DNA from: Lingula anatina
Taxonomy: Eukaryota; Animalia; Brachiopoda
NCBI GenBank assembly: GCA_051362555.1
Contig: CM120642.1
Coordinates: forward strand, 3,410,001-3,474,000
Direction of reading: 5' to 3'
Length of the DNA stretch: 64,000 nt
Part shown: positions 1-31,500 of the stretch, in pieces
Numbering within the stretch: the stretch's first letter is position 1
Layout: each line of letters begins with the position of its first letter
Made by a program: the position numbers and the translations under genes
Notes under the pieces: model-generated
Databases searched by the model: none
What the model was told of the DNA's origin: nothing
Seen by the model: the letters and a program-made list of their open reading frames with translations, nothing else

Positions 1-2986
1 CCACATACACAAAATAAGGGACACAGCCACCAGTTTTGTGCTTGACAAGCTGTAAAAATGCAATCAACAAGAATTTTTAAACTATTGCAAAAAATATATA
101 TGGTACAATCAAATTTAAGTTCTTCGTAAGGTAGGTCAAGGGTCAATTTCAAGGTCACAGTAAATTGCCAGTATATGACTTCCTATTCAAGTTCAAGAGT
201 AACTATGGACCTATCTCTGTCAAGTTTGAAGTTTAAAGAGAAAGAAATTAGCAGAGTTCAGTTCATGATAAAAAGTAGGTCAAAGGTCAATTTCAAGGTC
301 ACATTTAGATTGCCAGTATATGACTTTCTATTCAAGTTCAATAGTAACTATGGACCTATCTCTGCCAGTTTTGGAGATAAAAGGGAAGCAAAATTTGCAA
401 AGTTCAGTTTATGGTGAAAAGTAGGACAAAGGTCAATTTTAATGTGACATTTATAATGCCAGTATATGACTTCCTATTCAAGTTCAATAGTAACTACGGA
501 CCTATCTCAGCCAGTTTTGGAGATAAAAGGAAAGCAAAATTTGCAAAATTCAGTTTATGGTGTAAAGTAGGTCAAAGGTCAATTTTAAGGTCACATTTAG
601 ATTGCCAGTATATGACTTCCTTTTCAAGTTCAATAGTAACTATGGACCTATCTCTGCCAGTTTTGGAGATAAAAAGGAAAGCAAAATTTGCAAAGTTCAG
701 TTCATGGTGAAAAGTAGGTCAAAGGTCAATTTCAAGGTCACATTTAGATTGCCAGTATATGACTTCCTATTCAAGTTCAATAGTAACTATAGACCTATCT
801 CAGCCAGTTTTGGAGATAAAAGGGAAGCAAAATTTGCAAAATTCAGTTCATGGTGAACAGTAGGTCAAAGGTCAATTTCAAGGTCACATTTAGATTGCCA
901 GTATATGACTTCCTATTCAAGTTCAATAGTAACTATGGACCTATCTCTGCCAGTTTTGGAGATAAAAGGGAAGCAAAATTTGCAAAGTTCAGTTTATGGT
1001 GAAAAGTAGGTCAAAGGTCAATTTTGAGGTCACATTTAGATTGCCAGCATATGACTATCTATTCAAGTTCAATAGTAACTACGGACCTATCTCAGCCAGT
1101 TTTGGAGAAAAAAGGAAAGCAAAATTTGCAAAATTCAGTTCATGGTGAAAAGTAGGTCAAAGGTCAATTTTAAGGTCACATTAAGATTGCCAGTATATGA
1201 CTTCCTATTCAAGTTCAATAGTAACTACGGACCTATCTCAGCCAGTTTTGGAGATAAAAGGAAAGCAAAATTTGCAAAATTCAGTTTATGGTGTAAAGTA
1301 GGTCAAAGGTCAATTTTAAGGTCACATTTAGATTGCCAGTATATGACTTCCTATTAAAGTTCAATAGTAACTATGGACCCATCTCTGCCAGTTTTGGAGA
1401 TAAAAGGGAAGCAAATTTTGCAAAGTTCAGTTTCTGGTGAAAAGTAGGTCAAAGGTCAATTCTAAGGTCACATTTAGATTGCCAGTATATGACTTCCTAT
1501 TCAAGTTCAATAGTAACTATGGACCTATCTCTGCCAGTTTTGGAGATAAAAGGGAAGAAAAATTTGCAAAGTTCAGTTCATGGTGAAAAGTAGGTCAAAG
1601 GTCACTTTCAAGGTCATAGTAAGATTGCCAGTATATGACTTCCTATTCAACTTCAATAGTAACTATGGACCTATCTCTGCCAGTTTTGGAGATAAAAGGG
1701 AAGAAAAATTTGCAAAGTTCAGTTCATGGTGAAAAGTAGGTCAAAGGTCACTTTCAAGGTCATAGTAAGATTGCCAGTATATGACTTCCTATTCAACTTC
1801 AATAGTAACTATGGACCTTTCTCTGCCAGTTTTGGAGATAAAAGGGAAGAAAAGTTTGCAAAGTTCAGTTCATGGTGAAAAGTAGGTCAAAGGTCAATTT
1901 TAAGGTCATAGTAAGATTGCCAGTATATGACTTCCTATTCAACTTCAATAGTAACTATGGACCTATCTCTGCCAGTTTTGGAGATATAAGGGACTAAATG
2001 TTATAATTTTGGAGTTACCATAATGTGCCTTAAATTTCGTACAGAAAAAATTAATTAAAATAAAGAAAATGTCATTTTGGTCAAAATTCTTGAAATAGGA
2101 GGTGCTCTGAAGTTTCAGAAGTTCAAATTTGATGAAATAATGTCATTTTTGAACACAAGTTGTCTGCTTTGCCAAGCCTTATGTTTTATTTTTCCAGAGT
2201 TCAAAATTTATTATCCATTACCGTACTGCACATTTTGCTTTTACCACCAATATGTACTTTTTGATACAGCGTAACTCGAAAACCGTATGGAATACAAAAA
2301 AACCGAGACCACCTCCAGTGTTGGGCTTTACATGCTCTACAAAATGCAAAAAAGAATGGGTCTCTAGCATTAACGGTTCCCGAATTAGAGACAGTTTTCA
2401 GTTTCGGTATCTTATGGCCGCTACTCCTGTGAAAATGCACCGATTGACCCCAAATTCATGGAGATGAAAGATGACCTGAAGGGTAACACCTTCCAATAAT
2501 ATTATTGGTTAAGTCTGTGTGGTGTCTGAATAACAGGGCAAAAAAAATTTTTTTCGTAAAAAATTTCATTTTTTTGAAAATTTTGGCCCATTTGACCTTG
2601 AAGTAAAGGTCAAAGGTCAAATCCAAGGGTATATTTGAAATCTACACATATGACTTTTGGAAAGCTGTCTATAGAAATTTTTCCCATAACTCCTTCCGTA
2701 GGGTAGATAATTAGCATTTAATTTTGCCATTTTTAGACAAGGGTGCATTGCAATGAGTGCCACACCCAGACCCCAATACCGACAAAGCCCAAATTTTACG
2801 TGGAACGAGTTGAGATTATAGGTGACCTAAATCCATGAGATGGGTACGGGGGCCCTTACCGTCTAGGAGGAGAAGCGGTAACGGTAGCCGTCCGGCGGAG
2901 CCAACGGAGCCGGCGGAGCCGGCGGAACGATCCGGACGGGACCGAAACCATGTGTACCGCCAGCGCTAACGCTGGTGGTACAATTA
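1..2986 (-). mobile_element. Non-autonomous Helentron-type element (HINE/DINE-1-like), copy 1, left end cut by the window; intronic in the CDK5RAP2-like gene
   Basis: Near-identical to 55003-62028 outside the array. The right end has hairpin TGTACCGCCAGCG-CTAA-CGCTGGTGGTACA with subTIR GCTGGTGGTACAAT (2971-2984), preceded by a 9-bp (GGAGCCGGC)n microsatellite and a ~1-kb unique core. Central 146-bp array. Confidence 0.8.
130..1990. repeat. 146-bp tandem array (~13 monomers) inside HINE copy 1
   Basis: Recurring monomer AAAAGTAGGTCAAAGGTCAATTTYAAGGTCACATTTAGATTGCCAGTATATGACTTCCTATTCAAGTTCAATAGTAACTATGGACCTATCTCTGCCAGTTTTGGAG... with a period of 146. Confidence 0.95.
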
Positions 2987-3089
2987 TTGACATCCAAGTC
3001 ATAGGAAATTATCTGAGAAAAGTGTAACAAATACGATAAATTAATGATAAATAAAATAGCTTCCAGTCCATGATGATAGCCCCCCTTAC

Positions 3090-22900
<19,811 letters not shown>

Positions 22901-23199
22901 TTTTGATGCTACGGTGGCATTGCTTTTCGTCTGGATTTATCGACTATTTGTATTTCGCCGTTTCCAAAATTCCGCCATCTTGGATCAAAGAAACTGCGCA
23001 AGCGCGAGGTCTAAAATACAGTTTCGTACTTGTTTATTACATCTAGTTGATATTGCTTGGCAAATAGTAGCAATAAATTTCTAAAAATCATACATTGTTC
23101 ATATTATGGATTTATTATAATATATTTGAGGTGTAAAAGGTACATTAAATCATTTGCGCAACTATTACATTAATTAAAACTAACTTATCTTAGTAAGAA
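22901..23199. promoter_or_regulatory. Bidirectional promoter/5' UTR region shared by CDK5RAP2-like and URM1
   Basis: Divergent ATGs at 22900(-) and 23200(+). YY1-type CCGCCATCTTG at 22972-22982, NRF1-like TGCGCAAGCGCG at 22995-23006, locally retained CpGs. Confidence 0.65.
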
Positions 23200-26100
23200 A
23201 TGGAACTCGTGGTTTCGTTGGAGTTCAGGTACTACAGGTGTATATATAACAACACTAGACACAAGATTGTTTTTTTTTTTTTTTTGCTATGATAAATTTT
23301 AAAAGAATGGTTTGGCAATTATGAGTACCTTTAAGTTGTATATTATGGATATTACTTTAATGCTATTGTATAATAATCTTCAGTTTATTCGCATCATTGT
23401 CGCCGACGAAGTCGTAGATTAACGTTTTGGTGCTTTTGCAATGTGTTTGACTTGACTTCCCCTTTCTTGCTCTCTCTATCTAACAGTCAGTCTTTTCGAG
23501 GCGCCTTTCATGCAAATATAACACTATGATGAAGCAGAAAAAGTTTATTTACACCAATTTATAATGCTCCCAGTCGGTGGGCTATGGCTGATCAGAGATA
23601 TGAATACATTTTATTTTTTAATATTTGATAGCGGGGGCGCTGAGCTACTGTTTGACAAGGTTAAAAACCATGAAGTGTCATTGCCAGCCAGAGCGAACGG
23701 TCCTTGTAAGTATAGTTTTCACCTCACTTTGTTGTTAAACAATGGACTCGTTTCTTAAAATAGTTTTATTGGAACTCGGTTTTCAGTATATGATAGATCC
23801 AAGTAGTGGATTATTCAGTTGTGACTAAGTCTGACAGATTTAATTAATAACGTCAACACACTGTCAGCAGGTAAAACAAAATGTGGATCTATCATGAAGT
23901 GAAAACTATAATTCCTAATAGACTTATATCTGCCTTTCTGTTTTAATTTCAATGTTTAATACACGTACTAGAATTCCTGGTGACAAAAACTTTGATACAA
24001 AATGATATGAATATCTTTTGTATCTGTAAGGAAAAAAATGTGTATGAGGTAATGTCATCCATCCTTTTCAGGGACAATTAAACATCTTCTTGTTTGGATC
24101 AAAGACAACTTGTTGAAAGAAAGACCTGAGCTTTTTGTTCAAGGGGACACAGTGTAAGAAAGTTTTTAATTTACTTCTGTAAGAAATAGAATGTGTATGT
24201 AAAAATATGTATTTTGTAAGAAAGTATTCTTAAATTGGAAATTCAGAAAAAGTCACATTAGGGGATTTTTCTGAAATCCCTTCTTATTTCTGAATTTCAG
24301 TTTTAAGAAAATGTTTTTTTTTTCTTTCTTTTCTACAATTATTTTAGTTATGTTGGGTCAAAATGTGAAATAAATGAAAGAATGATGCAGTAAAATTATT
24401 TGCAACTGTCTCATCAACAAGAAGACAATTTTTTTCACAATTAAGGTGTTGTAATGTGTAAGAAAAGTGATGTGAAGATAACTGTTTTCCAGGCGGCCAG
24501 GGATTTTAGTGTTGATCAATGATGCAGATTGGGAATTGATGGTGAGTTGTGGTGTTCTGAAAATATTTGTCCCAAAATGCCCTGGTCAAACTAACTAGTT
24601 AGTGCTACTCATGTTATACCAATGTATCATCTGATATTTGACTGTATTTCTTTCACTCTACAATTGTTTAAGCAAGAATGAACAAATGTATATAAAGTCT
24701 AAATGAAATTGTCACATACAATTGTAGTTTTGATGTGTCATGTAAAAAATAAGAGAATTGTGTTCTTTATTATCAGTAAAAGTTTGCTTAATAGTTACTG
24801 GGTTATATAAACTTTCCTTAGTCAAACATTGTAGACTTTGTGCTATTACTTACATATTTTATCATATTTTGTAGTTTTGGTAAAGATGAGTATGACACAA
24901 ACTTGGTGCACAGTTACTCATTGGGTTAAATTTGAGTAAAATCAATTTGTCATGAATGCACTAGAGCAGCTGAGGTGATACCTACCACTGTCACAATAGA
25001 AATCTCACTTATCACAACTTGATTTTGAAATCCAATTACACATAAATACATTGAAATGCACTTCTTTTTGTTATTATTTGGTGATCAGTAATAACATAGT
25101 TATATCTTCCTACCTTCAAATCATTGTTTAAAAAATCTGCTGTTTTTGATCATTTCTTTTATTTTACCATGTTTAATGGGAGACATTGCCTCACCTGTGT
25201 GTATGTTGGAGACACTTATTTCTTATTGTCTGGAGCTTTTATCTTTTGATGAAATGATATATTAGCTGGTTTTCATATAGATCAACAGTCTGGAGTCCTA
25301 CATTTTAGTAGGTTACAAGGGTTTGCATGATCTTGTGACATTAGCTGTGCTATTATGTCAGCTTATCTATCTTAATGTAACCCTTAACCTACCTTTACTG
25401 TGTATATATGTATATATATATAAAGAAGAAAATATAGTAAAGTTCATGAATTTATTTTCAAAAAATACTCTGTCCTCAGTTGATGTACAAATAAGAACTC
25501 TCTCACACCTGTCTAAGGTAGATTTATCTATAGACTCCCTGTAGATTGATGGGGTTGAATTTCCTGAAAATTATGGGTGCTACAAAGATGGGCATATAGT
25601 ATTTGGTGGGTGAGACATGTCACGCTCTGTTGACCTAACTGCAGTCTTTTGGCCTGGAGGGTTTTGTCTTTACGGACGATCTATTTGAACCTTGTGTAAG
25701 GACACCAGAGTGGGTTGGCACATTGCCATATTTATGGTAATGACTCGATCTTTTCAATGGGGGAAAATTGTGAATTTTACAGAATCTGATACTGTAGTTT
25801 TTAAGTCTTAATTTCTTAAAATAAGAGCAATCATTTTGAGTGATGGCAACAAAATTGAAAAGCAGAATAACTTATAGTTCTATGCTATGCATTTGAAGCA
25901 CCACAAATGTTATGCAAAAATATCATTTTTATGGTTTTAAAATAAGGTATCTGAAAGTTTTTGCCCATTGAAAAGATGGAGTCATTACCATATTTCCTAC
26001 CAGAACATTAGGACTGATGACAGACACATGTGACAGGGAAAGTGAATCTTAATGTCATGTTGGAATGTAAGGGGATGGGGCTTTATTGGTCTCCAGGTTG

Positions 26101-26550
26101 GATACCGTGGAGATTGTAGATGAAGAGAGTTATTGAGGGTATGGAAGTATGTCATCTAATGGCAGCCCAGCATGCTTCAGTATTATATGAATTTTTGAAT
26201 TGTGGATGTTGAAAAAAATCAATTGTGTTTGTGTTTATTTCACTGTATTTCAGGCCTGCAGGCCAAGAGTACATAAATTGAGTTCTATTTATAATACTGA
26301 GCTGACTACACAGGGATATATATCATAAATGACACAAATTACTTATCTAAAAGAACATCTCTTAATTTCTCTGCATGATATATGAATTACAAGATGGTAT
26401 GTATTTTATGAAAAATTGTTTAACATTTTTTTTATGAAGATAAATGATAATCATTGTTCTTTTTGTTTCTTTTTTTAATAGGGTGAGCTGAATTATGAAC
26501 TTAAGTCAAAGGACAGGATAGTATTTATATCCACTCTACATGGAGGGTGA
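23200..26550 (+). CDS. URM1: Ubiquitin-related modifier 1 (100 aa)
   Basis: Exons 23200-23228, 23632-23705, 24072-24153, 24493-24541, 26482-26550 (303 nt) give [100 protein letters not shown]. Hallmark [15 protein letters not shown] and C-terminal STLHGG. The exon 1 donor is weak and less certain. Confidence 0.95.
25733..25992. mobile_element. MITE-like element in URM1 intron 4
   Basis: TIRs TATGGTAATGACTCGATCTTTTCAATGGG / CCCATTGAAAAGATGGAGTCATTACCATA (29 bp, 1 mismatch). Confidence 0.7.
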
Positions 26551-28164
26551 ATAGTAAAAATGTCTTTATGTTGGCAAGCTGAACCAGAAGATTTGTGCTG
26601 AAAGGAGAAGATATGGGAGAAAATTTTCAAAAACAAAAATGATGGATTTAACCACCAGACTTTGGTCCTATGCCATGTCAAAATTTGACAATGTATGAAC
26701 TGGACTTGAAGCTGGACTTGGGCAGATGGGAGGTGATGTGGGAGAAAATTCTTCCAGTCATAATAATGGATTCAGCCACCAACATTTCACATAAGTGGAG
26801 AAAAGGATGAATTCAGTAATACCCAGATTCCTATGTGTCTCCAGTGTTTCTACACAGAAGGGTTGGAAGCTGGACAAAGAGTTTTCCCCTTCTTTGATAG
26901 CTAGGACCCATGAGCAGATACTGTCAGCCCTGATCTCATTGAAACCATCCCCAGACCTATTGTACTAACTTTGGATTTATCTGTCTCCCAGGGGATTCGT
27001 ACTAAGCTGCTTAAGCTGAAAGCAATTTAGCGAGAAACCCCTCGGAGATAAAGAAATAAGAAACAAACTGCCAAAAATGGCTGTGCTGAGTGGCATTAAC
27101 AACTTTATCTGCTGGTCAGAAATTCAATAAAATCTACATTTCGTTTGGTTGGTGAAGATGGCCTATTTGAAATTTTGTTTTTTCTGTGCTTATTTTTTCC
27201 TTTCAAGGCTTTTTTATCTGTTACAATTGTTAAGCATCGTCTTTGAGGGACATCATTAAAGGAATGTCGTAAAATAAAGAGATCACATTTTGTGACAGTA
27301 ATATGCAAATGAAATTATTTTGCCCCGCCCATCACCATGGTAACAAAGATGGGACGTGCTGTTGGACCGTCTTTCAATGGTTAAAAATCAGATAAAGCAT
27401 GTATCTCATACCTGAGCATACGTTTGAAACGTTTGTCTTATCATAAGGCCTTCAGCTTAACTGAAATTGGGGTGTCGCCGATGTTGCGCTAGCTCCAAGA
27501 TGAAATACCATCATAATTCCTTCTTTATCTGAGTTTAAAAAAACTTGATGAATCAAAAGGTTTTTTTTTCTGATGTTTGTCCAACTATCGGCGGATTACT
27601 GACTTTTTGGGAGCCAAAAATCTCAATGACCCCCTGGACCCCACGCCATATTTCCGAAATGGCAGTCTCTTCCTTGTATTAAACACCATAGTTGAGTCTG
27701 GATATCTCGCGGCCTACTTGGTAAAATAGGGAGATACCTTGTATATTCCACATTTCCAATTATAAAAAACCTTGCACAGATTGTACTTTAATTTATCCTT
27801 TCAGTGTTAAATAATCACAATATTGTTCATATACCTGTTAAGCCTACATAACAATTGGGCGGTTGTGACAAGCATAAAATCGGGAAATGTCGAGGAGTGT
27901 GGTAGAGGTACCGATAAAACAATCTGAGATGCTCTTTCTTATCCCTAGCGGAGGTTAAAAAGTGCAGATCGTAAATTTGCGTGTATTTTTCGAGTAACAA
28001 TGATTTTGCAGATCTGCAAAATTAACATAAAACAATATACGTGTCATTTCGGTGGTGTATTTAAGAAAATTAATATACGTAATTTTCTAGGAAGAAATGT
28101 ACATACAAGGATAAAGATAAAAAAAATGTGTAATGACATTCAGAAAATTTGCCCCCCCCCCCCC

Positions 28165-28179
<15 letters not shown>

Positions 28180-28228
<49 letters not shown>
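28180..28228. repeat. (TA)n microsatellite preceded by C and A homopolymers
   Basis: Direct reading. Confidence 0.95.
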
Positions 28229-28231
<3 letters not shown>

Positions 28232-28232
28232 T

Positions 28233-28543
28233 AGATGAGTAACCGCGGGGGGTGGGGGGTAGCCCATTTGGCCATTCTTAAACTAAGGGCCTATCTTTTG
28301 TCTTAAAAATGCAAACAGTAAGTTGTTGGAATCTTTGGTTATGCGTTTGAAAGGGTCCCGAAAAAATGGTATTTTAGATGGCGAACGGTGCCATTTGGTA
28401 CGGTTTAGGACTATGATTCAGCTAGCCAAAATTATAATTTCAAGCGGGGACCATTGGTGAGATTTTTTTTTCAGAAACCGAAGGAGGGGGGGGGGGGGCA
28501 GGGGTCAGGAGCCCCCTGAAGGGAACCACCGTAGTTACCCGTC
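28233..28543. mobile_element. Possible MITE with G-tract subtermini
   Basis: Short imperfect TIRs AGATGAGTAAC ... GTTACCCGTCT with internal poly-G tracts. Confidence 0.3.
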
Positions 28544-31500
28544 TTGGTTGTTCCAGGGCACATTGTGCGCGCGGTGGATCTTCGGGTTACCTTGGCAACT
28601 GACCACTCCATGAACCAAACACCGCGACCACTGGGCTGGGGGATGGGTGGGTCAGTCGTACATATCCTTCAAGCACTGATGTCCATACACAGTTCTCGTA
28701 TATCGTCATGGCAACAAGAATTGCGTTTGGACAATCAAGGCATGAATTCGTGATCGCATCCCCCTCACCGCAACCTACTTCTGTAACATAGAAACTGTGC
28801 TGTGCCTTCAGCGTTAAGGCGAAACTGACTGGAGTCATTTATAAACAAATATTTACATAATATTGTAAAAAATATAAAACATTGGTTAATATGAAATTAT
28901 TGCATTGAAATTAGTATGATAACTGATGTCAGTCTACTCCAAAATTGTTCTGTGACAACTAGTTTTTCTCTATCCACCCGCCCTCAACATAGAGAAATAG
29001 AAAGTAAAAAAAGGCAAATGTTATTCAAACACATGGAATCCCAATAATTTCTTTTCGTGCAAAATATGGTAAAATAGTGACAATGATTTATGTTTATATA
29101 TTGTTTGTTTCTTTGATGTTGAACTCGGAATACTAAAATGAATTTTCAACAATAGATGCACGTATAAAAACCGTGATTTACGATGCTGTCTAAAATTACC
29201 CCTGAATTTGTACACTGAAATATAGTTCAACTTGTATATATGTTATATTGCTTACAGCTTATGGAACGACTTAGATTTACAGCGCACCTGTTTCAACGTC
29301 TCGTGTGTCCTCTAAAAGTCATGGCTCCCCTCTGCTATATTCATCACACTGGGGATACACACTAACCTGTTATGGAAAAGTACCGATTAATGTGAAATCT
29401 TGGATGAAAATATGTCGCAGTCGACCAATACGCTGCAAATAGAGTAGATTCCCAGTGACCAGCGCTTCATCGTCGTGTATTCTGTCGGATCTGCTACAGC
29501 TGTGTGAAGGAGGTTTGCAGGCTTGTGGTGCAACGGACGCAGAACATAACCCGAGATGCCTCGTGTGTTTGCTACAAGCCTTGTCTGTGCCTTGCTCCAA
29601 GCAACTTCTGTCTTAAATACTGAAGGGAACAAACCAGTTTGTCTTCTCCCCCCATGTCGCCGCGATTGTCACAGGTGCAATCAAGTGTCTCATGTTGAGG
29701 CGATCTCAAACAAAAACAAAGTCTGCGATATGAGATGCTGTAAAAACAAAAGGTCACAAAGAATATCACCTTCAATCAACACTGAAATATTAATTAAGTG
29801 TTACCTTGTCGGGACCGTATCGAAGGTGATACGACGCTTTGATCAACACCAGCTGAAAATGGCTCTCACCGTGTCGTCAGCTGCGGCTCATTGCCGTCTG
29901 CGAGACTCGCGATTTTCCACGTGGCGGTCATTTTCAATCGTCCCATTTGAAAAGATACTGGACATTTCGATGATTATCTAATCTTGTGGTTCGCCAGGCG
30001 GAAATTTGATTTCTAAAGCGAGAAGTTTTCATGATTGCGCGGCCTTGTAATTACCTGGTCTCGTCCGACAACAAGTTACCTGTTTAAGGCCTATTCAGAA
30101 CTTGATCCCTATCTTGCTATACTTTTGTCTCGCGCTTGAACTTGTAATCTCCCTTAACAAAATCCAGATAAACGCTTTTGTATAGTTTTATCGAGATATT
30201 TCTTTGCATACCACTTTGAAGTCCACCAAAGATAAAACACCAGTGCTTCCATTACATCATATGCGGGGATATTTTACAAAACGTAAAATAGACCGCATAT
30301 TCTTACTACATTATCTCGAAAAAGCGTGAAAATGTTGTTTATATCCAAGATGATTAAAATTTAGCCAAATATTTTCGTTTTGACAAAGATCTATAGGTGA
30401 TCCCTTTCTACCAGTGATTTTGAATATTGGGAGAATTCAGTGCGCATAAAGGGGAAAAATGGAATGGAAAACAAAGAATATGTCACAGTCCGCCTGCGCT
30501 TTTCCAATCGTTTCCTTCAGCTCATCACTCAGACTATATACAAAGAAATAATATCATGGGATAGGCCGAATGCCATACCGGTGTAGAAAGAAGTATATAT
30601 TCATATTTAAAGATTTCTCCTTATAAATAGCAGCATCTTCGCGCCAAGCCCATTGTAATATCATTCCCTCGTGAGATATGTTTATTGAAATAAAACTAAG
30701 CTGGAAACATTGAAAATGAACTCTCAGGATGTGATAAATGAAAAAAGAATGAACTGAAAAACTGGTCGTGAAATACTCTTTTTTTACATGCAGAAGAACA
30801 CTGGATGTTTTACTTAAATGTATGCAAAATAGAACGCTCCTTACAGGTAAAAGGCGAACGTGTCATTTAAAGTATCTAATCGTCTATTACACCATTGAAC
30901 CCGAGTCTGGATATAAAGGTAAATTGACCAACTAAAGAGCTCATTATACCAATACCACATTACAACATACAAAAGAGGAAAACCATTAACAGACATGCAT
31001 CAACCTGTTAAGAATAAGCGGTTGGCGATTTTTCTTTCAGAGACACTTAAAAGAGTACACTTCATGGGGCGACAGGTAAGCTATATGGCTGTGCGCCTCT
31101 TCGCGTGCAACGTAGCGTGCTCAGGCGGCGGAGGCACAAAGTGGCTAAATGGCGGGATAAATGGCCATATGATCAGTGAGAATAATTACTATTTAGTGCC
31201 GCGTTCTCTAATGAGAAATTATGGACGGCGAGACGTGCTAGTCGGACAATCTACCGGCTCAGTCCATCATTGAAACGATTGTATCTATCCGTAAATTAGA
31301 CTGAGGTTATTAAGATACAGTGCATTGCCGCCAAATCGTCCACCATGAGCGACAGGACTTTTTAAATATCGTGAATTTTCAACAAGGCGGCGAATTTCAG
31401 CATTTGGAAAAGAAATTTGGAAGAAATTTAGAAATAGCTTGCCCAGTAGCAAACCCCATCTCAGTTATGATGAAATAAATCGAATGTTCAAATTCCATAA

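Noticed and set aside
175-1357. Repeated ORFs (MVKSRSKVNFKVTFRLPVYDFLF...) here and at 55634-60900
   Set aside because: Translations of the 146-bp monomer; the period is not a multiple of 3 and frames break in each unit.
29370-29981. Overlapping ORFs in a CpG-rich patch
   Set aside because: No recognisable domain or consistent exon chain; cannot support a gene call.
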